Source: Candidatus Eiseniibacteriota bacterium (GTDB lineage: Bacteria > Eisenbacteria > RBG-16-71-46 > CAIMUX01 > WJJG01). Taken from it: a stretch of DNA of 64,000 nucleotides. The number at the start of each line of letters is the position of its first letter. Within the stretch, counting starts at the first letter, position 1. Made by a program: the position numbers and the translations under genes. Shown in pieces: positions 55,249 through 64,000 of this stretch. The stretch is taken from the NCBI GenBank assembly GCA_030628905.1, contig DAOVQB010000001.1, positions 41,375-105,374 on the forward strand, read 5' to 3'. Under the pieces are notes generated by a model. That model was given only the letters and a program-made list of their open reading frames with translations. It was not told the origin of the DNA and ran no database searches.

Positions 55249-58200
55249 ATGTTCGTTTCCGGGAGAGAGAGGCACGAGATCGGGGAGGATTCAGTGGCTG
55301 CGGCGCGCTTCGTCCATCTGCACGTGCATACGCAGTATAGCCTGCTGGATGGGGCCTGCAAGATTGAGGACCTGGCCGCGAAGGTCTCTAGCCAGGGGAT
55401 GCCTGCCCTGGCCATCACGGACCACGGGAATGTCTTTGGGGCCATCGTCTTCTACCGCACCATGCAGGAGGCGGGCATCAAACCCATTCTCGGTATGGAG
55501 GCCTACGTCGCACCGGGATCCAGGCATGATCGCGCCAAGCGCCATGGCAGGACAGCTTATCATCTGGTCCTCCTGGCCAAGGATCTCGCGGGCTATCGAA
55601 ACCTCTGCACTCTGGCCTCCATCGGATACCTCGAGGGCTTCTACTACAAACCCCGGGTCGACATGGAAGTCCTGAGCCGTCACAGCGACGGTCTAATCGC
55701 TCTCTCGGGATGCCTCAACGGCGAATTGAATGTGCTGGTCCGGGCGAACCGCATGGAAGAGGCTGAGAAGGTCGCGCGCCACTTCGCTACCCTTTTCAAG
55801 GACCGGTTCTACATCGAACTCCAGGACCACGGGCTCAAGGAGCAGGCGCTGGCCAATGAGCGTCTGATCGAACTGGCCAAGCGCACAGGCTTGCCGCTGG
55901 TGGCAAGCAATGATGCCCATTATATGGAGCAGGAACATGCGCGGGCCCACGATGTCCTGCTCTGCATCCAGACCAACCACCTTCGGGATGATCCCCGCCG
56001 GCTGCGCTTCAATAGTGACCAACTCTTCTTTCGCAGCCCCGCTGAGATGGAGGCCCTTTTCGGGCACGTCCCGGAGGCGCTGGAGAATACGCTGCGCATC
56101 GCGGACGAATGCAACGTGCAGCTGGAGTTCGGCAATCTGAAGCTTCCCAACTTTCCCCTGCCCGAGGGGTTCGCTAGCCTGGATGCTTACCTGGAGCATC
56201 TGGCCTGGGAAGGCGTCAGGCGCCTCTGCGGTGAGCCGGGCGCGGAGTTGCGGGAGCGCTTGCAGCATGAGATCAGCGTCATTCAGCGCATGGGGTATGC
56301 GGGCTATTTCCTCATCGTGCGGGATTTCATCGAGTTCGCGCGGAGCCGGCAGATTCCTGTGGGGCCCGGGCGCGGTTCAGCGGCTGGGAGTTTGGTATCT
56401 TATGCGATCGGCATAACAGGCATCGACCCCATTAAATATAACCTCCTCTTCGAGCGCTTCCTCAATCCCGAGCGCATCAGTATGCCCGATATCGATGTAG
56501 ATTTCTCCGACCGGGGGCGCGCCGAGGTGATCCGCTACGTGGTGGATCGCTACGGGGCGGAGAATGTCTGCCAGATCATCACTTTCGGAACGATGGCTGC
56601 GCGGGCCGTCGTCCGCGATGTCGGCCGGGTGTTGGGCATGACCTATGCAGACGTGGATCGGATTGCCAAGATGATCCCCGCCGAGCCGAAGATGACGCTC
56701 GCCAAGGCCCTCCAACAGGTGCCCGATCTGAAACAGATGGTAGACCTTGACCCCCGCGTCCGGGAACTCCTGGAGATCGCCCAGGTTCTTGAGGGCCTGA
56801 CGCGCCACGCCTCCACGCACGCGGCTGGTGTAGTGATTACCCCGACCCCTCTTACTGAGCATGTCGCGCTCTACCGAACCAAGGATGATGAGATCACCAC
56901 CCAATTCGACATGAATGCCTGCGATGCGATCGGTCTCCTCAAGATGGATTTCCTCGGCCTGAGAACGCTCACCGTGATCCAGGACACGCTTGCTTTTCTG
57001 CGCCGCAAGGGACTTGAGATCGACATCGACAAGATCCCCTTTGACGATAGCGCTGTCTACGATCTCATGTCCCGCGGCGCGACCGTGGGCGTTTTCCAGT
57101 TCGAAAGCACAGGTATGGTTGAGTACCTGAAGAAGCTCCAACCAAGCAACCTTGAGGATCTGATTGCCATGAACGCGCTGTATCGTCCGGGGCCGCTTGG
57201 CTCGGGTATGGTGGAGCTATTCATCGATCGCAAGCATGGCATCAAAGAGATTACCTACGAGCACCCGAGCTTGGAGCCGATCCTGAAGAGCACCTACGGC
57301 GTGATGGTCTACCAGGAGCAGGTCATGCAGATTGCCTCTGCCATGGGTGGTTGCAGTCTCGGGGAGGCCGATCTGCTCCGCCGGGCGATGGGGAAGAAGA
57401 AACAGGATGTGATGGACAGACAGCGGCACAGGTTCGTCCAAGGAGCGGTTGAGCGCAACGTGCCGGTAGAAGTGGCCGAGCAGGTGTTTGATAAGATGGC
57501 CCACTTCGCAGGCTACGGGTTCAATCGATCCCACAGCGCGGGCTATGCGCTCGTAGCCTACCAGACCGCTTACCTCAAGACTTACTACCCGGTCGAGTTC
57601 ATGGCGGCCAGCCTTTCCTCCGAACTCAATGATACCGACCGGCTCGTGGTGCTGCTGGGTGAATGCCGGAGGATGGGCATACCGGTTTTGCCGCCCGATG
57701 TGAACGAAAGCCAAGAGGGCTTCAGCGTGGAGAAGGGCGCCATCCGCTTTGGCCTTGGGGCGATCAAGGGTCTCGGACACGCTGCCGCGGAGGCCCTCCT
57801 GCAGGCCCGGGAGAAAGAAGGGCAGCTGCGTAGTATCTACCACCTCTGCGAGAGCGTGGACAGCCAGGCGCTCAATAAGAAAGCGCTCGAGGGCCTTGTG
57901 CAGTCCGGTGCGCTCAATTCCATGGAAGGTTCTCGAGAACAGATGATCCTGGCGCTGCCGATGGCACTCGATCGCGCAATCTCTGTGCGGCGCGATCGCG
58001 AGCGGGGGCAGTCATCGCTCTTTGGGGGCGAGCCGGACATGATGAGGGAACCTGTATTGCCTGACGCGGAACCGTGGGACTTTTTCGAGGCGCTCAAGCG
58101 GGAGAAGGAGGCGCTCGGGTTATATCTGAGCCGCCACCCGCTTGATCCCTATCGCGAGATGCTTAAACACCTGATGACGGCTCCTTCACCCGCGATCCCA

Positions 58201-58842
58201 GAGATAACCGACGCAACGCCTGTCAAGGTCGCCGGCCTAGTGACTCGTGTTCGGATGGGGACAACGAAGCGCGGCAAGCCGATGGCCTCTTTTACCCTGG
58301 AGGATTTTCTCGGAGGAGTTGATGCCCTCGTCTTCAGCGAGGCGCTTGAGCAGTGCCGGGAGCAGCTGGTTGTCGACGCGGCGCTTTTGGCCATCGGGAG
58401 GGTTAGCGCCCGCGAAGGTCGGACGCCGGTGATCTTCACAGAGCGACTTGTGCCGCTGAAGACGCTCCAATCAGGCGAGGGACTCAGCCTGCACCTTGCG
58501 GTGGAGGGAGATTTGGCCGATCGGGGGATCACGAACCTGCGCGAGTTGCTCTCGCGCTCGAGCGGCGGCAGGGCGCCCGTGTTTCTGCATGTTGATCCGG
58601 GCACACCGCACGGGATGGTCGTGGCCCTCCGTGAAGTGCACATCCGGCCTGAGGGGAGCCTGCTCGAGGCTCTGGCGGACATGCTGGGTCCTCAATCGGT
58701 GCGACTGGCCTATGGTCGGCCCGAGGGCATGCGCACGCAGGATCTCTTCCCTCGCGCAGCGGGCGTTGGATTGCACGCGCAACGGAAAGGGGGTCCGTGT
58801 CATGGGATCAGTGAGGGGGTGGGAAGTGGCAGAGGGCGCTGA
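55249..58842 (+). CDS. dnaE: DNA polymerase III alpha subunit. The start is probably the GTG at ~55295.
   Basis: The PHP N-terminus is 'FVHLHVHTQYSLLDGA...ALAITDHGNVFGA'. The polymerase core carries '...FERFLNPERISMPDIDVDF...', with an OB-fold towards the C-terminus. Confidence 0.9.
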   Translation: MFVSGRERHEIGEDSVAAARFVHLHVHTQYSLLDGACKIEDLAAKVSSQGMPALAITDHGNVFGAIVFYRTMQEAGIKPILGMEAYVAPGSRHDRAKRHGRTAYHLVLLAKDLAGYRNLCTLASIGYLEGFYYKPRVDMEVLSRHSDGLIALSGCLNGELNVLVRANRMEEAEKVARHFATLFKDRFYIELQDHGLKEQALANERLIELAKRTGLPLVASNDAHYMEQEHARAHDVLLCIQTNHLRDDPRRLRFNSDQLFFRSPAEMEALFGHVPEALENTLRIADECNVQLEFGNLKLPNFPLPEGFASLDAYLEHLAWEGVRRLCGEPGAELRERLQHEISVIQRMGYAGYFLIVRDFIEFARSRQIPVGPGRGSAAGSLVSYAIGITGIDPIKYNLLFERFLNPERISMPDIDVDFSDRGRAEVIRYVVDRYGAENVCQIITFGTMAARAVVRDVGRVLGMTYADVDRIAKMIPAEPKMTLAKALQQVPDLKQMVDLDPRVRELLEIAQVLEGLTRHASTHAAGVVITPTPLTEHVALYRTKDDEITTQFDMNACDAIGLLKMDFLGLRTLTVIQDTLAFLRRKGLEIDIDKIPFDDSAVYDLMSRGATVGVFQFESTGMVEYLKKLQPSNLEDLIAMNALYRPGPLGSGMVELFIDRKHGIKEITYEHPSLEPILKSTYGVMVYQEQVMQIASAMGGCSLGEADLLRRAMGKKKQDVMDRQRHRFVQGAVERNVPVEVAEQVFDKMAHFAGYGFNRSHSAGYALVAYQTAYLKTYYPVEFMAASLSSELNDTDRLVVLLGECRRMGIPVLPPDVNESQEGFSVEKGAIRFGLGAIKGLGHAAAEALLQAREKEGQLRSIYHLCESVDSQALNKKALEGLVQSGALNSMEGSREQMILALPMALDRAISVRRDRERGQSSLFGGEPDMMREPVLPDAEPWDFFEALKREKEALGLYLSRHPLDPYREMLKHLMTAPSPAIPEITDATPVKVAGLVTRVRMGTTKRGKPMASFTLEDFLGGVDALVFSEALEQCREQLVVDAALLAIGRVSAREGRTPVIFTERLVPLKTLQSGEGLSLHLAVEGDLADRGITNLRELLSRSSGGRAPVFLHVDPGTPHGMVVALREVHIRPEGSLLEALADMLGPQSVRLAYGRPEGMRTQDLFPRAAGVGLHAQRKGGPCHGISEGVGSGRGR

Positions 58843-59680
58843 TCTGCACGTTCACTCGAGCGCCTCCGACGGCCGCTTCCCGCCGCGCGAGGTGATCCGC
58901 CGCGCCTACGGAGCGGGCTTGTCCGCAGTTGCCTTGACCGATCACGATACGGTTTCCGGTTTGGAGGAAGCCAAGTGCGAGGCCGACCGGCTGGGGATCA
59001 CATTCGTGCCCGGCTGCGAAATCAGCGTTCATCTCCAGAGCCGGGAGATCCATCTACTGGCCTATTATTTCGACGCCAAGCACCCCGAACTCCTTGGGCT
59101 GCTGAGCACGATTCATGAGATGCGCAAGGAAAGGGTCCGGCGGATCGTGCGGAAGCTCAACGACCTGGGACTGCCATTGCAGACCAGCGATGTAGAGACT
59201 GAGGCTTGCGTTTCCGCATCCATTGGACGCAACCACGTTGCGAAGGCGCTCGTTCGCAAGGGCCTAGTGGCAAGCCGGAGAGAGGCCTTCGCATCCTATC
59301 TTGGCGACGGACGAAGCGCTTGCGTCCCAATGGAAACCCCAAAGCCAACAGCTGTGTTGGACATAGTGTGGTCGGTAGGAGGTGTGCCGGTCATCGCCCA
59401 TCCCGGACTATATGGGCTGGAGGATCCCGAGGCTTTCTTCAGAGATTGGGACCTGGGCGGAGTCGAAGTGGGGCATCCCTCCCAGGCAGCAGACGTGCGC
59501 GCAGTGCTGAAGCAGTGGGCCGCCAAGCGCGGCCTCCTGGTTACTGGTGGCTCGGACTGGCATGGTGACGAGTCTGCGCGGTTGGGGATTGGGTGTGAGA
59601 GAGTGGGGTTGGATCTGCTTGACGCACTTCGCGCTCTCCGCCGCTCCCGGGACGATCCGCACGGTCGCCGGCGGCCCTAG
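58802..59680 (+). CDS. Stand-alone PHP-domain phosphoesterase (TrpH/YciV-like), overlapping the 3' end of dnaE in another frame
   Basis: 'ADLHVHSSASDGRFPPREVIRRAYGAGLSAVALTDHDTVSGLEEA...' and '...VIAHPGLYGL...GGSDWHG' carry the PHP metal-ligand His/Asp motifs. Confidence 0.75.
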   Translation: MGSVRGWEVAEGADLHVHSSASDGRFPPREVIRRAYGAGLSAVALTDHDTVSGLEEAKCEADRLGITFVPGCEISVHLQSREIHLLAYYFDAKHPELLGLLSTIHEMRKERVRRIVRKLNDLGLPLQTSDVETEACVSASIGRNHVAKALVRKGLVASRREAFASYLGDGRSACVPMETPKPTAVLDIVWSVGGVPVIAHPGLYGLEDPEAFFRDWDLGGVEVGHPSQAADVRAVLKQWAAKRGLLVTGGSDWHGDESARLGIGCERVGLDLLDALRALRRSRDDPHGRRRP

Positions 59681-60072
59681 TCGTTTTCTGAATCAACAGT
59701 GCGACCGAGAAAGGGCAGCGAGAACCACCTGCCCACCCTGTGAAAAAGGTGGAGGAAGAGCCCGGAGAAGGACGATCTGGCCCTGGTGTTGAGTGCCGCG
59801 CTGCGGGATTCGGCTTCTGTATCGATGTAGTCGTAGAGCGAGTGGATCGTTTCGTGCAGCTCGGTGCGCTCCTTTCCGAGTTCTTCCATCGCACGGCGGT
59901 CGATGAGGGTGAGCTGGCCACCGCGGTGGATGTCGTTGTAGAGCGAGACGAGGTGCTGCAAGGATACCCGGGAAAGCGGGAAGCGATGTGAGTCGTCGAG
60001 CCTTATGTACCAGCTTTCTTGGCGCTCGTCGAAGAGGATTGTGTAGAGATGTTCCGACTGATCCGATTCCAT
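59677..60072 (-). CDS. Hypothetical protein of ~130 aa
   Basis: The call rests on an ORF only. No motif was recognised, and the start is chosen at an internal Met. Confidence 0.25.
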   Translation of the reverse strand: MESDQSEHLYTILFDERQESWYIRLDDSHRFPLSRVSLQHLVSLYNDIHRGGQLTLIDRRAMEELGKERTELHETIHSLYDYIDTEAESRSAALNTRARSSFSGLFLHLFHRVGRWFSLPFLGRTVDSEND

Positions 60073-60111
60073 GCTAGCGTCTCTCCTCAACACTGGCGTA
60101 CGGTGGGATCT

Positions 60112-60834
60112 ATGGCCATGGTTCTTGCTCTGTGTGTGCCCTCGGGCGCCGGACGGGAGGCAACCGCCTGTGTGTTCGCAGAGCTTCCACTGGAGACCCG
60201 CCATGGTTTCCTGCTGCACGCGTTGAGTTATCGGCAACACGAGCCGGCAACTAGAGCAGCCATCCTTTTACACGACTGGGCTCAGGTGGGATCTTCCTGT
60301 TGGGGTGAGCTGCCGGCCGAACTGTGTGCTCGCGGCTTTGACGTACTGATCCCTGACCTTTGCGGTCAAGGCCCGAGTGAAATGCCTGGAATGCTTTGGC
60401 TCTCACGGAGAGATCTCGCCATGCTTGAATGGCTTGATGTGACCGCCCTCTTGGGATGGGTGGGCAGCTCGGTCGATAGCATTGCAGTCCTATGCGTGGG
60501 ATGGGCCGGATGGGTAGCACCTCAGCTGGTCGGCGAGGATTGGCGCGTGCGGCATGTTGTGTGGATTTGTCCTCAAGGCGAAATAGAGGAGGGGCGCAGG
60601 TGGGATCTTCCACACAGAAGCTCGCTGGAACTACTGCTCGTCAGTTCAGAGAAAGAAATCGAGAGTTCGGCACTTGCGGGGGATCTCTTCTCGCGATTGA
60701 ATCCGGGTGTTGAGCTGCGTCTCTTCAGCCAGAGCGAGAGCGGTTGCTCCATTCTGTCCAAGACCTATTTCCGGACGGGCCTGCTGGATTGGCTGTGCGC
60801 GCAGCCCAAGTTCCAGTCGCCTGGCAGGCAGTAG
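60112..60834 (+). CDS. Alpha/beta-hydrolase-fold-like exported protein, possibly non-catalytic (no GxSxG)
   Basis: A signal-like 'MAMVLALCVPSGAG' is present, with an 'AILLHDW' oxyanion-like region. The nucleophile elbow reads 'VLCVGWAGW'. Confidence 0.35.
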   Translation: MAMVLALCVPSGAGREATACVFAELPLETRHGFLLHALSYRQHEPATRAAILLHDWAQVGSSCWGELPAELCARGFDVLIPDLCGQGPSEMPGMLWLSRRDLAMLEWLDVTALLGWVGSSVDSIAVLCVGWAGWVAPQLVGEDWRVRHVVWICPQGEIEEGRRWDLPHRSSLELLLVSSEKEIESSALAGDLFSRLNPGVELRLFSQSESGCSILSKTYFRTGLLDWLCAQPKFQSPGRQ

Positions 60835-60888
60835 GATGCCGCGGGGGACGCGCACCTCCTTTGCAGAACAGATCGGGGAGGCTGAGAC

Positions 60889-62481
60889 ATGCGTTGGTTG
60901 ATCTTGGCGCTGGCGATCCTGGTGGCGCCGGTCAGCAATGCCGCGCTGCCAGGGGCATGCGACGCCAGGACGGATCCACCTTGGGCCCAGCATGTCCGCC
61001 AGGCCCAGACGGCCTTGGAGCTGGGCGACAGAGATGGATCATTGACTGCCATCGATGCGCTCGATGCGGCGCGCCCATCCAGTCCCCTGCCCCCATACCT
61101 TCGAGCGCGACTTGCCGAGAGTGGTGGGGCCTGGGCTGAGGCGTGCATCTTCTACCAGGAGGTGTTTGCATCACCGGAGCGGGAATCCACCCCGGAATGG
61201 ATCCAGTTGGCTGCGGGCCGCTGGGTGAGGGCCCAGCACAAAATTGGTGAATCCCGACTGCGGGCGGTCATGGCGGAGCCGGATTCCCAAAGGCAGCATG
61301 CTGGCCGCTGCCTTATCCTGCCCCTCGAGCCGCTCATCTTGGGAGAGCAGGATGCATCCCAAGAGGCGCAGCTGCGGGTCCTAGGTGTTGCGGCTGCTGC
61401 GTGGATCAATGCCGCACTGACTCAGATGCCGGGGATGAGCGCCGTCGATATTCACACCGCATCTCTGCTGACCAGGGTGTTGGCCAGTAGGGGTGCCCGA
61501 GTCACCGCAGGGTCTTTTTTGAAACCGCTTATGGAGGAGTGTTCCGCTCCGCCGGTCACGACGACGCTCGGCGTGAGCTATCGCCTTGCCAAGCTCGCGC
61601 CTTCCGCGCCGCCGCCCTGGACGCCAGAGGCGACCAGGCCTGCTCACTACCTCGTGGCCTCGCCTTCTGGGGAGTGGACTGATGAGGCTGCCCGCGCCCT
61701 GGCTCACTTCCAAGCCGAGCATGATCTAGCTCCCACTGGCAATCTAGACCCCCAGACGCGCCTGGCGTTGGAGGGGGCTTATCGTCGGGACAATCAAAGG
61801 CTGCTCGCAACGTCCCCGGGAGGAGGCTGGACCGATCCGGCTCAGGTAGCAGCGCGATTGTTGGGGGCAGAGGCTCTGCTGACGGGAACCTTGGAAGCTG
61901 CCGGAAGCAACGTGATCCGATGGAATGTGGTCTGGGTTTCGCCCGAGGATGGCTCGTCTCTCTCCGCATCGATCGATGGGGTATTGCCGGCCGCTCATTT
62001 TCAGGAAGCTTGGGTCCGAATGGTGCGCATGATCCTAAAAGCCTTACCGGCTTGTGCGGCCCAAGGGGACTGCTCTGATCTGGTGGTGGCGGAAACACCT
62101 GATCATGAAGGCTTGCTGGCATACGGGAACGCCGTGCTGCTCACGGGGGATGAGGAGCACCCAGAGGACGCCGCCTTCTACTTCCGGCAGGCGGCCCGCA
62201 GGGGTGCCGGCGACAGGGCCCGGTGGTATGCGATGGCCTGGTCCGCGACTCCCAAGGCCTTGGACGCTCTGGAGCGGCGCTTAGTGCAGGAGACGATTCT
62301 TGGACGACCCCGGTTCGAAGTGCGTTTCCTGCGCAGCCAGAGCCTCTCGCTGGCTGGGGGCCTGCTTCGCCATCCCCTGCCGGAGCCGGTCTCAGGGCCG
62401 CTGCTTCTGCGGGATCCGGGACTGACCTACTTCCCACGGACCAGTTGGCTCAAGGTGATAGGCAGGGCGGAGGGGCCATGA
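60889..62481 (+). CDS. Exported protein with TPR-like helices and a putative peptidoglycan-binding (PG_binding_1-like) domain
   Basis: The signal is 'MRWLILALAILVAPVSNAA'. 'ARALAHFQAEHDLAPTGNLDPQTRLALEG' matches the PGRP/PG_binding_1 consensus. Confidence 0.5.
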   Translation: MRWLILALAILVAPVSNAALPGACDARTDPPWAQHVRQAQTALELGDRDGSLTAIDALDAARPSSPLPPYLRARLAESGGAWAEACIFYQEVFASPERESTPEWIQLAAGRWVRAQHKIGESRLRAVMAEPDSQRQHAGRCLILPLEPLILGEQDASQEAQLRVLGVAAAAWINAALTQMPGMSAVDIHTASLLTRVLASRGARVTAGSFLKPLMEECSAPPVTTTLGVSYRLAKLAPSAPPPWTPEATRPAHYLVASPSGEWTDEAARALAHFQAEHDLAPTGNLDPQTRLALEGAYRRDNQRLLATSPGGGWTDPAQVAARLLGAEALLTGTLEAAGSNVIRWNVVWVSPEDGSSLSASIDGVLPAAHFQEAWVRMVRMILKALPACAAQGDCSDLVVAETPDHEGLLAYGNAVLLTGDEEHPEDAAFYFRQAARRGAGDRARWYAMAWSATPKALDALERRLVQETILGRPRFEVRFLRSQSLSLAGGLLRHPLPEPVSGPLLLRDPGLTYFPRTSWLKVIGRAEGP

Positions 62482-63683
62482 GGGCAGTGTGCCGGAGATG
62501 TTTGGTCAAAGGCATCGCGCACATGCTTGGTGCGGTCGCCTTCTCTCTCTGCTGCTGTTTCGCCACGGGGTCTGCGAGGGCGGAGGGACCCTCCCCTAGG
62601 TCGGCCGGACTGTGGGTCGATGCGGGGAGCTGGGAAGTCTCCGGAGGGGACATTTCCCAGAGCGTGACCGGCCTGTGGATGAACGTTGCCGTCGGGCCGG
62701 ATCTGGAGGCTCGCATCGAGGCGAGCGGATCGCGGGCGGAGAACGATGCCGCCTCGCGCGGGTTCGGACAGGGCCTGACTGGTGCCTTGCTGGTCCGCTA
62801 TCAACCTCGGGGTGAGGATTGGCTACTGCAACTGGGTGCCGGCCTACCCTCGGGCGGGACCGGTCTGAATTCATCTGAGCTGGCTCTGATTCAGCAGATC
62901 GGCGAGCCTGTGCTTGGTTTTCCGGATGCCGATCCGGTCCGGGGCTGGCGCTACCACATGGGCGGGCTCTATGGCGTGGCCCTCTCTCATTGCATGAGCT
63001 GCTATGCGGGAGCGGGCTACGAATTCGCCGCCAGCTTTGAGCCGGTTGGTGATATTCAGCTGGAGCCGGGAAACCGCCTCTCAGGTCTGCTCGGTCTGGA
63101 AGCTGAGCAGCAGGGGCGCGTTCGGGGTGGGCTGCAGTTCATGGCCAGCGCTGAGGGTGCCGAGAAGGCCGATGGCAGAATTACGCGCGACAGCCGCCGG
63201 TTCCTGAGCGCTCGACTGAGCGGGCAAGCCCATCTTGACCCGCTACTCCTGGACATGGCCTGCCAGTTGGCCTCGACCGGTGCCACGCAGCTGGCCGCAC
63301 TGGACGCGTACGATTCGTTTGTGGATGCGGGTCCAGGACGACTTGGCCAGATTGCCATCTCCATAGCTTCCGTTCGCAGTTTTTCACTTGGCGGCCAGTG
63401 GCGCATCCAGCCGTCCGTGACCTGCGACCACCGGAGTTTTACTTCAGAGGGGCTTGCTTATGGAGAGGGTTGGGCGGCCTCCCTCACACCAGAGCTGCGC
63501 CTGACGGCTAACGAGCGGGAAGCTGTACTCTCAGTAGGGAAATGCTGGGGGAAATGGCGCCCCTGGCTGGGTGAAGAACTGGGTCCCAGAGAAGAGATCG
63601 ATGGTCTGCGGGTAACCCTGGAACTGCTGTGGCGGCTCACCGAGGCGGCCGCGAACACGGCTGCGGACGATACCGGGCAATAG
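62478..63683 (+). CDS. Hypothetical exported protein, possibly an outer-membrane beta-barrel
   Basis: The signal is 'MRAVCRRCLVKGIAHMLGAVAFSLCCCFATGSARA'. Alternating amphipathic beta-like segments are rich in G/S/A with aromatic residues. The start overlaps the previous stop. Confidence 0.4.
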   Translation: MRAVCRRCLVKGIAHMLGAVAFSLCCCFATGSARAEGPSPRSAGLWVDAGSWEVSGGDISQSVTGLWMNVAVGPDLEARIEASGSRAENDAASRGFGQGLTGALLVRYQPRGEDWLLQLGAGLPSGGTGLNSSELALIQQIGEPVLGFPDADPVRGWRYHMGGLYGVALSHCMSCYAGAGYEFAASFEPVGDIQLEPGNRLSGLLGLEAEQQGRVRGGLQFMASAEGAEKADGRITRDSRRFLSARLSGQAHLDPLLLDMACQLASTGATQLAALDAYDSFVDAGPGRLGQIAISIASVRSFSLGGQWRIQPSVTCDHRSFTSEGLAYGEGWAASLTPELRLTANEREAVLSVGKCWGKWRPWLGEELGPREEIDGLRVTLELLWRLTEAAANTAADDTGQ

Positions 63684-63793
63684 ATGCGAGCGGAAACCGC
63701 CCGCGCATGACGAAGGTGAGGGCATGCAGATACGTGGCCGCCGCAGAGGGTTGGTGACAAGTCCGGGCTTGGGCAGACTTCGGGAGGGAAGCG

Positions 63794-64000
63794 ATGCGCG
63801 TCAGAGAAGGCGCCCGGGTGGCTGCATTTCTTCTGTTTAGCGGTGTGCTCTCTGCTGGTCTCTGGCAGTGCACCCGTGAGACGACCAGCAGCGGGTCAGC
63901 GGGACTTCAGATCCTCTTGAGCAGTTCTGGCGCGGACTCCTCCACGACCGATTCGGTGGAGATTGAGGTCAAGCGCTCCGGGTCTATTGTGGCGGCCGAC
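63794..64000 (+). CDS. 5' end of an exported protein gene (continues beyond the window)
   Basis: The signal-like region is 'MRVREGARVAAFLLFSGVLSAGLWQC'. Confidence 0.3.
   Translation, partial: MRVREGARVAAFLLFSGVLSAGLWQCTRETTSSGSAGLQILLSSSGADSSTTDSVEIEVKRSGSIVAAD

Noticed and set aside
55693-57843. Several 190-250-aa minus-strand ORFs
   Set aside because: They are antisense to dnaE, whose own frame carries unmistakable Pol III alpha motifs.
1-64000. tRNA, rRNA or other structured RNA genes
   Set aside because: No cloverleaf-like or rRNA-like segments were recognised in intergenic regions by eye. This cannot be excluded without tRNAscan/Infernal.

Overview
This is a high-GC (about 60-65% by eye) bacterial chromosomal segment with dense coding on both strands. 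The left third carries housekeeping genes: the smc 3' end, tatC, coaX, a GT4 glycosyltransferase, folB-folK, a deoxynucleoside kinase, panB-panC, a nucleotidyltransferase/HIT-like fusion, an LytR_C protein and recQ. The middle carries secreted enzymes. Four of these proteins plus one gene remnant end in the same C-terminal sorting-type domain, consensus G-x-Y-F-x-R-L-x-x-x-G-x(5)-R-x-φ-L-L-R-COOH. The four intact ones are an M14 carboxypeptidase, a beta-helix protein, an S8 subtilase and a 1701-aa C25 gingipain-like protease. The middle also holds an aldo-keto reductase with an Fe-S domain, a flavodiiron protein with its NADH-rubredoxin reductase, and a one-knuckle rubredoxin-like protein. The right third holds a signal-peptide TldD/TldE pair, tatA, DegT and FemAB-like sugar-modification genes, ppiD, two tandem CorC/CNNM genes, a fused spermidine-synthase-like membrane protein interrupted by a poly-G tract, dnaE and a PHP phosphoesterase. 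No rRNA, tRNA or CRISPR array was recognised. The strongest candidate for an undescribed system is a translationally coupled cassette of an AlbA_2/HATPase_c_4 (Schlafen-like) protein and an extended ParA-like ATPase, sitting between the nitrosative/oxidative-stress operon and the giant C25 protease gene. Other points worth a second look are the exported TldD/TldE pair, two histone-H1-like basic domains (one fused to PanC), an acidic repeat tail on TatC, two AT-rich putative islands, several in-frame coding tandem duplications and three intergenic repeat arrays. All calls rest on reading the translated ORFs and DNA by eye. No database search was run.
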